This document shows positions 51,077 to 61,692 of a DNA stretch of 64,000 nt, one piece after another; position 1 is the first letter of the stretch, and each line of letters begins with the position of its first letter. The translations under genes were made by a program, and so were the position numbers. Source of the stretch: Nitrospirota bacterium (lineage in GTDB: Bacteria; Nitrospirota; UBA9217); the NCBI GenBank assembly GCA_963790205.1, contig CAWBNQ010000011.1, positions 96,001 to 160,000 on the forward strand. The letters are read 5' to 3'. A model generated the notes under the pieces. That model worked only from the letters and a program-made list of their open reading frames with translations, ran no database searches and was not told the DNA's origin.

Positions 51077-52210
51077 TTATTTCTTCCAATCTACGGTAAT
51101 GCCGCAGAGCAGAGGGGATCCTGAATCGATCGCAACCTTTATTCCGTTAGCATTATGGCATGATGCGCACAGGGATACTTCTTCGACGATGGTGTCATCT
51201 TTCATATTCATGACCGCCAGCAAGCTGTCGTCGCTGCCGTACGATCTGGATGCGAGAAGCGCATACCCGTTCTTGGTGAAGGCGAAGTCATGAGGACTGA
51301 GGTTGTTCGGGAGCACAATGCGCTTCACAATGGAGTCCGTCTTTGTGCTGATGATGATCACCTGGTGCGCCTTGGTGCCGCCTTTCAGCACACTCGCGGT
51401 ACCGGCCGTACCGGTCGGATTCAGCTCGAATTCATTCGGAGCGCTCACCCAGAGATATTTGCCGTCCGGCGTCATGCGATCCTGATGGATGAAGGTCATC
51501 TCGGGGCTCGTGATCTCCTTAATTTTCTTCTTCGTCTTCCAGTCATACACGTATACCTTGCCTGCCGGCATGTCGGTGATGTATGCTTTTTTGTCGTTCT
51601 TGGTCCACTGAATGCCGCAGACCGCCATACCAACCGGCATTTTGTCCACGAGCTTGAGCTTTTCCGGGTTCCACACATAGACGTTTCCGTCGGTCATGTC
51701 TTCGAAATAGACGTTGCCGTCCGGACCGGTGATGGCTCCGCAGAACTTCTCGCCGACCTTAAAGGGACCTTCCTTTTTAGCGGCCCTGCCGTTCGCATCG
51801 AGCTCGACCTTGTACACGTTTCCGGCCAGCGTGCCGGCGATCAGGACTTTCTTCCCATGTTCCATCATGAGGGTCTGTCCGTGAGAACCGCCGGACTTTT
51901 TGGCTTGTTCAAAGCTGATGCCCGCGACCTTGCCTTCCATCTCGGAGCCGGCCTCGGTAAGGACGATTCTGTCTTTTTCAACATCGGTCGGCGACTTCAT
52001 GGTCCTCAGATCGAGGATCGCCAGGTGCCCGCCGTGGCCGGCAATGTATGCTATCCCGTCAAAAGTCACGGGTTTGGCCTCTTTCACCACTTTTGCATCG
52101 ACGACGGTCTCAGATGCGGCATTGACTGACGAGCGCAGGGACATGACCATGAAAAGAGCCAAGACGCACACTCCAACGAGACTGATGACTACACTTTTTT
52201 TGAAACTCAT
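51077..52210 (-). CDS. Exported YVTN/YncE-like beta-propeller with His/Cys ring and C-terminal CxxCH
   Basis: Hydrophobic N-terminus; blade motifs GPDGNVY, TKNDKKAYI, TPDGKYLWV; CASCH; SD GGAGG. Confidence 0.75.
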   Translation of the reverse strand: MSFKKSVVISLVGVCVLALFMVMSLRSSVNAASETVVDAKVVKEAKPVTFDGIAYIAGHGGHLAILDLRTMKSPTDVEKDRIVLTEAGSEMEGKVAGISFEQAKKSGGSHGQTLMMEHGKKVLIAGTLAGNVYKVELDANGRAAKKEGPFKVGEKFCGAITGPDGNVYFEDMTDGNVYVWNPEKLKLVDKMPVGMAVCGIQWTKNDKKAYITDMPAGKVYVYDWKTKKKIKEITSPEMTFIHQDRMTPDGKYLWVSAPNEFELNPTGTAGTASVLKGGTKAHQVIIISTKTDSIVKRIVLPNNLSPHDFAFTKNGYALLASRSYGSDDSLLAVMNMKDDTIVEEVSLCASCHNANGIKVAIDSGSPLLCGITVDWKK

Positions 52211-52650
52211 AGTTCCTCCCCTTTAATGAAAGTTGAGCACGATGCGTGCTCAGATTACTCTCTGGATCTCATGCTGACATGTATTCAAATAAGAATCTAC
52301 TTCGTTCTTTATCTGGCCACCTCCTTCTCCGCTTCACACGGAAAAAATGAGTACCCATGGCTTCATTTTTCGAGGCTTCACATTTAAAGAATCAATGGCA
52401 TAATCAATATAGTATAAGTGCACGCAGGGTGTCAACTTCAAATTGTAATTTTACACGTTGCGCTTGTTGCAACTTGCTGTAACAATCAAAAATAATTATG
52501 CATTAATTATGCCGTGGTGAATAGGTGTCAGCGCAAGGATTAAGAAGTGGATCAGGATAGGTTAGCTCAGGCCATACCGTGTAAGCCTCCTTGTGCAACT
52601 GTCGGAGATGCGCGCCTGTATATGCCTGGGGAAGGGGAGAATATGTTGAG

Positions 52651-52692
52651 AAAAAAAAGGCATCCCCCCTGAAAGTTGAGAGGATGCCTTTT
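52651..52692. terminator. Terminator after rpmB
   Basis: AAAAGGCATCC...GGATGCCTTTT. Confidence 0.8.
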
Positions 52693-52699
52693 AACTGTT

Positions 52700-52894
52700 T
52701 TAGCTGACTTTCTTTACTTTGCCCGAGCGTATACAGCGCGTGCATGCCTTTATCCGGACATGGGACCCGTGAGGTCCTACAGCCTTTACACTCTGGATGT
52801 TCGGCTTCGATACTTTCTTTGTTTTGTTATTGGCATGGCTCACCTGGTTACCGCTGAGCTTGCCCTTGCCGCAAATTTCACATGTTCCCGCCAC
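52700..52894 (-). CDS. rpmB: 50S ribosomal protein L28 (Zn-ribbon type)
   Basis: [29 protein letters not shown]. Confidence 0.95.
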   Translation of the reverse strand: MAGTCEICGKGKLSGNQVSHANNKTKKVSKPNIQSVKAVGPHGSHVRIKACTRCIRSGKVKKVS

Positions 52895-53005
52895 AGTACC
52901 GTCCTCCGCTTAGTTAAAATTAGGATTAACATTTAAAAGCAGGCGTACGATATCATAAGAACAGGCGGTTTGCAAGGGGAAAATGTGGACAGCCTATTTA
53001 AATAC

Positions 53006-53049
53006 TTGACATCCTTTATCGATTGATATAATGTAAGTACATACTTACA
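53006..53049 (+). promoter_or_regulatory. Promoter plus perfect palindromic operator TGTAAGTA-CA-TACTTACA (53032-53049)
   Basis: TTGACA at 53006, TATAATGT at 53027; palindrome covers the -10/start region of tetR. Confidence 0.8.
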
Positions 53050-53065
53050 AGGATTTCAACAAAGG

Positions 53066-53689
53066 ATGAAAACGTCAAATACAAGAGAGCAGCTCCTGAA
53101 AGCAACCCTGAAGCTCATTTCGGAGAAGGGGTATCTCGGCGCCACGACAAGGGAGATCGCCCATGAGGCGGGCGTGACCGAGCTGACCCTGTTTAGGCAC
53201 TTCGGGTCGAAGGAGCATCTTTTCGAGGAACTGCTGAAGGGCTATACGTTCCTTCCGATGTTGAAAGAGCTCCTGCCCGAGTTGGAGGGGCTTTCCTGCA
53301 AAGAGGCCCTTACGCTGATCGCTACGCGGTTTCTCCTGTCGCTCAAAGAGCGGAAATCCATTGTCAAGATCATGTATTCCGAGGTTACCAGTTATCCCGA
53401 AAAGATCAGGGAAGTCTATAATAAAGTCATAGATGAGATGAGAATAACGCTTGCACGTTACTTCGAGTCCCAGCAGAATCGCGGCGACTTCAGAAAAAAC
53501 ATATCGCCTGAAATGGCTGCCCGTGTGTTCCTGTGGATACTTTTTTCCTATTTCAGATCTGAAGAAATCATGCGTTCCGCAGGAATGAAGAAAAAAGTCA
53601 TGGAAAAAGATGTGCGGGAGATCATTGATATTTTCATGCATGGAACATTGACGGATAACAGTAACCTGTTCAAGGGAGAAATGCCATGA
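53066..53689 (+). CDS. TetR/AcrR-family regulator
   Basis: GYLGATTREIAHEAGVTELTLFRHFGSKEHL. Confidence 0.95.
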   Translation: MKTSNTREQLLKATLKLISEKGYLGATTREIAHEAGVTELTLFRHFGSKEHLFEELLKGYTFLPMLKELLPELEGLSCKEALTLIATRFLLSLKERKSIVKIMYSEVTSYPEKIREVYNKVIDEMRITLARYFESQQNRGDFRKNISPEMAARVFLWILFSYFRSEEIMRSAGMKKKVMEKDVREIIDIFMHGTLTDNSNLFKGEMP

Positions 53690-55251
53690 GGGGGAAGATC
53701 AAACTGAAAATACGACGTATAGCGTTTGCAACTGTCTTCATCCTGGCCCTTACGATCGCTCGGTTTCATCTTGTATATGCGGAAGTGCCGGCGCAGGCGG
53801 ATCAAAATACGACGGTCCCTGAGCAAAAGGCTGAAGAGCCGGCGCTGACGGACCGGAATGCAGCGGTTCCAGCGCAGAAGGCTGAGGCGCCGGCGCAGAC
53901 GAACCAGAAAACTCCGGCCCCGGAACAGAAGGCGGAAGGACCGGCACAGTCAATTCAAAATACGGCAGTCCCTGAGCAGTCGGAAAAGAGTGATCGTTCG
54001 GGTGAAGGCATGATCGCCAAGGATGAGATGCTGACGTTGAGCCGCTGTATCGAGATCGCACTCAAGAAAAACCCGACTATCGTTGCCGCGGTGAATACGG
54101 TGGGCGTCAATCGGAGCAGGGTGGGCGAAGCGCGTTCGGCCTATTACCCGCAGATCAGCGCCACGGGGGCTTACAGCAGGTCTAAATCCGTTACCGTACC
54201 GCAGGTCAATCCGTTCGCGGCAACTGCACCGGTCAATGAATCTTCCGGCACGGTTACACTTAACCAGAACATATATGATTTCGGCAGGACGTCGTCGTCG
54301 GTCGGCATCTCGAAGTATAATCTGGAGTCCTCCCGGTCAGACCTTTCTACAACGGAGGATGTCGCGATCCTGAGCGTAAAACAGGCGTATTACGGAGTGC
54401 TCCAAGCCAGGAGGAACCGGGACGTGGCAGCAGACGTCATAAAACAGTTTCAATTGCACCTGGACCAGGCGCAGGGTTTTTACGCCGTCGGCACGAATGC
54501 GAAAATCGATGTGATCAAGGCTGAAGTGGACCTGAGCAACGCGAAGCTCAGTCTCATCAATGCCGAGAATGCGCTTAAAATAGCATGGGTGACCCTGAAC
54601 AATGTCATGGGGGTCCCTGACGCGCCTGAGTACTCCATTGAGGATAACCTCTCATTCCAGAAGTATCCGATAACCCTGGAGGAAGCGACGGCGAAGGCGT
54701 TTGAGAACAGGCCGGACCTCAAGTCGATCGTCGCCAAAAGGCAGGCCGCAGAAGCGAATATCAGTTTGCAAAGATCAGGTTATTATCCCTTTTTATCGGG
54801 GAACGCAAATTACACCAAGTCCGAATCAACGGTGGATATAGAACCCAGGACATCGAGCAATACCAATTCCTGGGATGTGGGTGTGGCACTTACCTTTCCC
54901 TTGTTCAATGGATTTTTAACCAGTCATCAGGTGGCCGAGGCAAAGTCCTCCTTCTACGTTCTTAAAGCGACTGAAGAAACGGTACGGCAGCAGATACTGC
55001 TCGATGTCCGCCAGGCGTACTTGAACCTGCAGGCGGCGGAGGCCAGCATAGCGACCTCCGAACTTGCATCCAAGCAGGCCAAAGAGAACCTGGATCTTGC
55101 AAACGGCAGATACTCGGCCGGAGTGGGAAGCCCTATCGAGGTTTCCGATGCGTTCGCCACGTATGTCACCGCCCAGGCGAACTATACGAGCGCGCTGGCT
55201 AATTACAAAATCGCCCAGGCGAGTATTGAAAAGGCGATGGGTGCACGGTAG
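53686..55251 (+). CDS. TolC-family outer membrane factor
   Basis: ALKKNP, YYPQI, VKQAYY, RPDL, PLFNG, RYSAGV. Confidence 0.92.
   Translation: MRGKIKLKIRRIAFATVFILALTIARFHLVYAEVPAQADQNTTVPEQKAEEPALTDRNAAVPAQKAEAPAQTNQKTPAPEQKAEGPAQSIQNTAVPEQSEKSDRSGEGMIAKDEMLTLSRCIEIALKKNPTIVAAVNTVGVNRSRVGEARSAYYPQISATGAYSRSKSVTVPQVNPFAATAPVNESSGTVTLNQNIYDFGRTSSSVGISKYNLESSRSDLSTTEDVAILSVKQAYYGVLQARRNRDVAADVIKQFQLHLDQAQGFYAVGTNAKIDVIKAEVDLSNAKLSLINAENALKIAWVTLNNVMGVPDAPEYSIEDNLSFQKYPITLEEATAKAFENRPDLKSIVAKRQAAEANISLQRSGYYPFLSGNANYTKSESTVDIEPRTSSNTNSWDVGVALTFPLFNGFLTSHQVAEAKSSFYVLKATEETVRQQILLDVRQAYLNLQAAEASIATSELASKQAKENLDLANGRYSAGVGSPIEVSDAFATYVTAQANYTSALANYKIAQASIEKAMGAR
53788..53991 (+). repeat. Four 51-bp (17-aa) tandem repeats in the TolC N-terminus
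   Basis: PAQADQNTTVPEQKAEE / PALTDRNAAVPAQKAEA / PAQTNQKTPAPEQKAEG / PAQSIQNTAVPEQSEKS. Confidence 0.85.
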
Positions 55252-55359
55252 TATAAAAATAAATTTGTCGGCAAAAGTGTTATAATATTTTTGCTTAAAA
55301 AGCATATGAGCTTGAGAAAACATGATTTAAAAATGAACAACGAAAGGCTTACAAGAGAC

Positions 55360-56520
55360 ATGAAGTTCAGACCATTAAGCGGCATAGGCATATATGTAAT
55401 CGTTGTTTTACTGCTCTCCCTTTTCATCAGCGCCTGCAATGACAGCAAGGCTAAACAGACGGGACAACGAGTTGTGCCGGTGAAAATAGGGGATGTGACG
55501 CAACAAAACATACCCTTGCAGATCAATGCCATCGGCAATGTAGAAGCCTATAATACCGTTTCAGTGAAAGCCATGGTCGGCGGAGAAGTGACTGGAGTGC
55601 ATTTTAAAGAAGGCCAGGACGTCAAGCAGGGAAGCCTGCTCTTCCAGATAGATCCTCGTCCCTACGATGCCGCGCTCAAGCAGGCCGAAGCACAGCTGGC
55701 ACGGGACGTGGCGCAGGCAAAAAATGCCGAAGATCAGGCCAAGCGGTACGAAATCCTGGTCCAAAAAGACTACGTCTCCAGGGACCAATACGACCAGCTT
55801 CGCGCCAACGCCGATGCTTTGGCGGCCGCTGTCCAGGCGGACAAGGCCAATGTCGAGAACAGCCGTCTTCAACTGGCCTATTGCACCATCAGGTCGCCTA
55901 TCGACGGCCGCGTCGGAAGCGTTCTTATCAACAAGGGCAACGTAATTAAGGCAAACGATCTGGTGATGGTAACCATCAACAAGATAACGCCTATCTATGT
56001 GACCTTTTCCATACCGGAACAGAACCTTTCAGATATAAAAAAGTATATGGCAGCAGGGTCACTGAAGGTGGAGGCCGTCGTTCCTGGAGACGAGAAACGA
56101 CCGGCGCAAGGAGTGCTTACGTTTGTCAATAATGCGGTGGACACAACTACGGGGACCATCCAGCTCAAGGGCACGTTCGAGAACAGGGACAAGAGGCTCT
56201 GGCCCGGACAGTTCGTTAATGTGATAGTAACGCTCACGATCCAAAGGAACGCCGTGGTCATGCCGTCCGCGGCCTTGCAGACAGGACAACAAGGACAGTA
56301 TGTCTTTGTTGTCAAACCAGACTTTACGGTCGAGTCCCGGCCCGTGACGGTCGCGCGGACGTTCGGCGACCTCTCCGTCGTCGCACAAGGGGTGAAGTCA
56401 GGAGAAAAAGTGGTGACCGACGGCCAGCTGCAGCTGATTCCCGGAACGCGAGTAGAACTTAAGGGAGACCAGATGCAACAAGAGGGAAATGACAAATTCC
56501 AAACGCCCGATCACAAATAA
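55360..56520 (+). CDS. RND adaptor subunit (MdtA-like)
   Basis: Lipobox ISAC; FQIDPRPY, IRSPIDG, DTTTGT, LWPGQF; start uncertain. Confidence 0.9.
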   Translation: MKFRPLSGIGIYVIVVLLLSLFISACNDSKAKQTGQRVVPVKIGDVTQQNIPLQINAIGNVEAYNTVSVKAMVGGEVTGVHFKEGQDVKQGSLLFQIDPRPYDAALKQAEAQLARDVAQAKNAEDQAKRYEILVQKDYVSRDQYDQLRANADALAAAVQADKANVENSRLQLAYCTIRSPIDGRVGSVLINKGNVIKANDLVMVTINKITPIYVTFSIPEQNLSDIKKYMAAGSLKVEAVVPGDEKRPAQGVLTFVNNAVDTTTGTIQLKGTFENRDKRLWPGQFVNVIVTLTIQRNAVVMPSAALQTGQQGQYVFVVKPDFTVESRPVTVARTFGDLSVVAQGVKSGEKVVTDGQLQLIPGTRVELKGDQMQQEGNDKFQTPDHK

Positions 56521-56619
56521 ATGCGTAATGTCGATGAATCAATGATTAAATATTCGATCAGCGGCGTACTGCATTTATTTGATTTTTGATGCGTAAGAAT
56601 TGGAGCTTGAACTAAGACT

Positions 56620-59600
56620 ATGAACTTAGCGGAACCCTTCATACGCAGGCCGGTCATGACGACGCTGGTCATGTCTGCGATTCTGCTGTTCGGTATCATG
56701 GCATACCGGCTGCTTCCGGTGAGCGATCTGCCGAACGTCGATTTCCCGACCATCCTGGTGAACGCAAGTCTTCCCGGAGGGAGCCCGGAGACCATGGCCT
56801 CGGCAGTGGCGACGCCGCTGGAGCAGCAGTTCTCGACCATAGCAGGCCTCGACAACATGACGTCCACGAGCGCGCTCGGGTCGACTCAGATAACGCTCCA
56901 GTTCAACCTGAGCCGGAACATCGACGGCGCGGCCCAGGATGTCCAAGCCATGATCGCAAAGGCCGCGCCTCTTCTTCCCCCGGACATGCCGACTCCGCCG
57001 ACCTATCAAAAGGTCAACCCAGCGGATCAGCCGATTCTCTATCTCGCGATTAATTCTCCGACGCTCCAGCTTTCGGCCGTGGACGAATACGCCGAGACGA
57101 CGATGTCCCAGCGGATATCGATGATAAGCGGCGTGGCCCAGGTGCAGGTGTTCGGTTCCCAGAAGTACGCCGTGCGCGCCCAGCTCGACCCGCGCGCTCT
57201 TGCTTCACGCGGCATAGGGATCGATGATGTATCGAAAGCGGTCGCGAGCGGGAACGTGAATCTGCCCACGGGGACCCTGCAGGGTTCCTCGAAGTCATTT
57301 ACCATATTAGCGAGCGGACAGCTCATGGATGCGGCGGCCTACCGTCCTCTCATCGTGGCGTACCGCAACGGCAATCCCGTCAGGCTCCAGGAACTCGGCA
57401 GGGTAATTGACAGCGTGGAGAACGACAAGATCGCGAGTTGGTTCAACACGAGCACCAGGAGCACAAGGGCCGTGATTCTGGCGATCCAGCGTCAGCCCGG
57501 CACCAATACCGTTGAAGTGGTCGACTCCATCAAGAAACTTCTGCCGACGTTCCGGTCAGAGATGCCGGCATCGGTGAATCTCGACGTCCTCTACGACCGG
57601 TCGCTGTCCATCAGGGATTCGGTGAATGACGTGAAGTTCACGCTGGGACTGGCAATCGTCCTCGTCGTGCTCGTCATCTTCCTGTTTTTGCGCAATCTCT
57701 CGGCAACGATCATCCCGAGCCTGGCGCTCCCCATGTCGATTATCGGCACATTCACGGTGATGTTCCTGCTCGGTTACAGCGTGGACAACCTTTCTCTCAT
57801 GGCCATGATTCTCGCTGTCGGATTCGTGGTCGACGACGCCATTGTGATGCTCGAAAACATCGTGCGCCATATGGAGCAGGGAGAACCGGTGCTTCAGGCA
57901 TCTCTCAACGGATCGAAAGAGATCGGTTTTACCATCCTTTCCATGACGTTCTCGCTGGTCGCGGTCTTTATCCCCGTGCTCTTCATGGGCGGAATTCTCG
58001 GCCGGCTGCTGCATGAATTCGCCGTGGTGATCAGCGTGGCCATCCTCGTGTCGGGAGTCGTGTCGCTTACGCTTACACCCATGCTCAGCAGCCGGTTTCT
58101 CCGGCCTCATGGCAAGGAACGACACGGCAGGCTTTATATGGCCCTGGAACATTTTTTCGACAATATGCTGAACAGCTACGAAACCAGCCTGCAGTGGGTG
58201 CTCGGACACCGCAGGATGATGCTTATCATCACCGCCGCGCTTTTCTTCGTGACGATTATCCTTTTTTACCTCATCCCAAAAGGATTTCTTCCTACCGAGG
58301 ACACGGGCCAGATCTTCGCCTTTACCGAGGCGCAGCAGGGAATTTCCTTTGACGACATGGCGAAACACCAGAAGGAGCTCATGGCAATCGTGGCCAAGGA
58401 CCCGAACATTGACGAGTTCATGTCGAGCATCGGAGCCGGGGGGCCGAATGCAGCCGCCAACACCGGACGCATGTTCATCAGACTGAAGCCCCGTTCGGAA
58501 CGCAAGCTCTCCGCCGACGAGATCATCCAGGAACTGCGGAAAAAAACGGCCGGCGTCATAGGCATCGGGATGTTCATGCAGAACCTGCCTCCCATCCGCA
58601 TCGGCGGCACGCTCACCAAGAGCCAGTATCAGTACACGCTTCAGAGCCCGGATACGAACGAGCTGTATAAGGCCGCTCCCGCACTGGAAGCGAAGCTGCG
58701 CGCCATCCCGCAACTCCAGGATGTGACCAGCGATCTGCAGATCAAGAACCCGCAGGTGAGCCTTGACATAGACCGCGACAAGGCGGCTGCCCTGGGCGTC
58801 ACGGCCCAGCAGATCGAAAACGCGCTCAGCACTGCTTATAGCACGCTCCAGGTATCGAACATCCTTGCGCCCACGAACCAGTACAAGGTCATCATGGAAC
58901 TGTTACCCCAGTATCAGACGGATCCGTCCGCGCTCGCCATGCTGTATATCCGTTCGTCTTCGGGGGCTCTCGTGCCGCTTACGGTGGTTACCAAACCTTC
59001 CGTGGGCACGGGCCCGCTCCTCATCAACCACCTCGGCCAGCTCCCTGCCGTGACCCTTTCCTTTAACCTGAGGCCGGGCGTTTCGCTCAGCGAGGCCGTT
59101 GCCGCTGTTGACAAAGCCTCCAAGGCGACGCTGCCGGCTTCGATCACAACCAGTTTCCAGGGGACGGCGCAGGCATTCCAGTCGTCCACGCAGGGACTGT
59201 TCCTCCTCCTGATTTTGGCCGTCCTGGTCATCTACATCGTGCTCGGCATCCTGTATGAGAGCTTCATCCATCCGCTTACGATACTCTCCGGATTGCCTGC
59301 CGCAGGCGTGGGGGCGCTTGTGACGCTCCTCCTTTTCGGAAAGGAACTCAATATTTACGGTTATGTGGGGGTCATCATGCTCATAGGGATCGTGAAAAAG
59401 AACGCCATCATGATGATCGACTTCGCGCTCGAGGCCGAACGCAAACACGGTAAAAGTCCCCAGGACGCAATCTACGAAGGGGCGGTCGTCCGTTTTCGCC
59501 CCATTATGATGACCACCATGTCGGCCTTGATGGGGACACTCCCGATCGCGATCGGGTTCGGCGCCGGCGCCGAAGCGCGTCGGCCGCTGGGTCTTGCAGT

Positions 59601-59763
59601 GGTCGGGGGCCTGGTCTTTTCTCAATTGCTGACCCTCTATATTACGCCGGTTATCTATATATACCTGGATACGTTCCAGCAGAGATTCGGCAAACTTGCT
59701 CTTTTCCGCACCAGAGAGGAACAGGGGCCTAAGTCTCAGGAAAGAACACGTCCAGCACTATAG
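56620..59763 (+). CDS. RND permease (MdtB/MdtC-like)
   Basis: FIRRPVMT, LPNVDFPTI, GFVVDDAIV, GIVKKNAIMM, RFRPIMMTT. Confidence 0.95.
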   Translation: MNLAEPFIRRPVMTTLVMSAILLFGIMAYRLLPVSDLPNVDFPTILVNASLPGGSPETMASAVATPLEQQFSTIAGLDNMTSTSALGSTQITLQFNLSRNIDGAAQDVQAMIAKAAPLLPPDMPTPPTYQKVNPADQPILYLAINSPTLQLSAVDEYAETTMSQRISMISGVAQVQVFGSQKYAVRAQLDPRALASRGIGIDDVSKAVASGNVNLPTGTLQGSSKSFTILASGQLMDAAAYRPLIVAYRNGNPVRLQELGRVIDSVENDKIASWFNTSTRSTRAVILAIQRQPGTNTVEVVDSIKKLLPTFRSEMPASVNLDVLYDRSLSIRDSVNDVKFTLGLAIVLVVLVIFLFLRNLSATIIPSLALPMSIIGTFTVMFLLGYSVDNLSLMAMILAVGFVVDDAIVMLENIVRHMEQGEPVLQASLNGSKEIGFTILSMTFSLVAVFIPVLFMGGILGRLLHEFAVVISVAILVSGVVSLTLTPMLSSRFLRPHGKERHGRLYMALEHFFDNMLNSYETSLQWVLGHRRMMLIITAALFFVTIILFYLIPKGFLPTEDTGQIFAFTEAQQGISFDDMAKHQKELMAIVAKDPNIDEFMSSIGAGGPNAAANTGRMFIRLKPRSERKLSADEIIQELRKKTAGVIGIGMFMQNLPPIRIGGTLTKSQYQYTLQSPDTNELYKAAPALEAKLRAIPQLQDVTSDLQIKNPQVSLDIDRDKAAALGVTAQQIENALSTAYSTLQVSNILAPTNQYKVIMELLPQYQTDPSALAMLYIRSSSGALVPLTVVTKPSVGTGPLLINHLGQLPAVTLSFNLRPGVSLSEAVAAVDKASKATLPASITTSFQGTAQAFQSSTQGLFLLLILAVLVIYIVLGILYESFIHPLTILSGLPAAGVGALVTLLLFGKELNIYGYVGVIMLIGIVKKNAIMMIDFALEAERKHGKSPQDAIYEGAVVRFRPIMMTTMSALMGTLPIAIGFGAGAEARRPLGLAVVGGLVFSQLLTLYITPVIYIYLDTFQQRFGKLALFRTREEQGPKSQERTRPAL

Positions 59764-59784
59764 TAATATCATAAAGGAACTCAT

Positions 59785-60956
59785 ATGACAGGTCAGATAG
59801 CGAACGTTCATCGCAGTGTTTTCATTGTTACTATTTTCACGGCGCTGCTCATGTTCGGCTGTAAAGGTGATAGCCCTTCCTATAGGACCGACCCGGTCAC
59901 GCGCGGCGATATCCAGCAGACGGTGACGGCGACGGGCACGGTCAACGCGGTGACGACGGTCCAGGTCGGCACTCAGGTCTCGGGGACGATAAAAACTCTC
60001 TATGTGGATTTTAATTCCCGCGTGAAAAAGGGGAAGCTCATCGCCCAGATCGACCCCTCGACCTTCGAGTCCCAGGTGCAGCAGGCGCAGGCGAATCTGC
60101 TCTCGGCCCAGGCAAACCTTGAAAAGGCGCAGACTGCGCTCGCGAATGATAAAAAGACCTTTGACCGGAACAAGGAACTGTTGTCAAAAAATCTCATTGC
60201 CCAGAGCGACCTGGACACGGCGGAGACGAACTACCAGTCCGACAAGGCCCAGGTGGCCTCGGCCAAGGCGCTGATCGAGCAGGCAAAGGCTTCGCTCGAT
60301 TACGCCAGGCAGAACCTTGCCTACACGAGGATCGTCTCTCCGGTCGACGGTGTCGTGATCTCCCGGAATGTTGACGTGGGCCAGACCGTGGCCGCGAGCT
60401 TCCAGACGCCGACGCTCTTTACGATCGCCCAGGACCTTACCAAGATGCAGATCGACACGAACGTGGCCGAGTCGGACATCGGCGTGGTGAAGCTCGGGCA
60501 GGAGGTGGACTTCACCGTTGACGCCTATCCCGATACCACGTTCAAGGGAAAAGTCTGGCAGATCAGGCAGGCCCCCATAACCGTGCAGAACGTCGTCACC
60601 TACGACGTCGTGATCCAGGTAAACAATCGGGATTTAAAGCTCATGCCGGGCATGACCGCCAATGTCTCCATCGTCATACAGACGAGACATGACGTGCTCA
60701 GGATCACGAATGCGGCGCTCCGGTTCCGCTTCTCCGACAAGCCAGCCGGCGCGGGCGGCTGCGGGCGAGAAGAAGGGGCCGTCCGTCTGGGTCCTCGAAA
60801 ACAACAAGCCGAAACGCGTCGGCATCACGCCGGGAATCAGCGACGGAAACGTATACTGAGGTCGTATCAGGTGATCTGAAAGAAGGACAGCAGGTGATCG
60901 TAGAAGCTCTGCAAAAAGGCAAAGGACGCAGCGACCTCGGTCCGAGGATGTTCTAA
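59785..60956 (+). CDS. MacA-like adaptor (indels near the 3' end)
   Basis: VGTQVSG, GQTVAASFQTP, FTVDAYP, QNVVTY, PGMTAN; tail GISDGN-YTEV is split over frames. Confidence 0.85.
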
Positions 60957-60957
60957 C

Positions 60958-61679
60958 ATGGCGCTTATCGAGGCACGGGACATCACCAAGGTCTATCAGT
61001 CTCGGCGATATCGACCTGCGAAGCGTTGATCGGCATATCCACGACCATCGAGAAAGGCGAATTCGTCGCCATCATGGGGCCGTCGGGCTCGGGCAAGTCC
61101 ACGTTCATGAATATTCTGGGCTGTCTCGACACCGCCGACCGGAGGCGTACTATCTTCTTGACGGAGTTGATATCGGGCAGGCTTTCCCGCGACGAACTTG
61201 CCGAGATCGGAATAAAAAGCTCGGCTTCGTGTTCCAGGGGTTCAATCTTCTTTCACGGACTTCGGCCATTGAGAACGTCGAACTTCCCATGCTGTATGAC
61301 GGCCATCCGGCGCAGGGAACGTCGCGAACGGGCGCTGGCGGCGCTCAAGAGCGTCGGGCTCGAGGGCAGGGAAGACCATCATCCGAACCAGCTTTCCGGA
61401 GGGCAGCAGCAGCGGGTCGCCATCGCCCGGGCGCTCGTGAACGAGGCCCCCATCATCCTGGCGGACGAGCCCACGGGCAACCTCGACACGAAAACGAGTG
61501 TCGAGATCATGGAGCTCTTTGTGAAACTGAACCGTGAATCGGGCATTACGGTCATCCTCGTGACCCATGAGCCGGATATCGCGACGTACAGCAAGCGGAT
61601 CATAAAATTCCTCGACGGCCGTATCGTGAGCGATGAGTCCGGAGAAGACAAAAATATCGATCGATTCATAAAAAGTTGA
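60958..61679 (+). CDS. MacB-type ABC ATPase (several indels)
   Basis: MALIEA, GPSGSGKST, FQGFNLL (alternate frame), LSGGQQQR, ADEPTGNLD. Confidence 0.85.
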
Positions 61680-61692
61680 AAAATTAACCGGC

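Noticed and set aside
51077..52210. Calling the propeller nosZ or nirS
   Set aside because: Too short, no CuA domain, no N-terminal cytochrome c domain, and no nosD/R or nir genes alongside
52444..52455. TGTAATTTTACA as a copper-regulator box
   Set aside because: Short AT-rich palindrome that does not match the TACAnnTGTA cop-box arrangement
60740..61320. macA/macB pseudogenisation
   Set aside because: Dense cluster of single-base indels with motifs otherwise conserved fits a low-quality sequence patch; reads are needed to settle it
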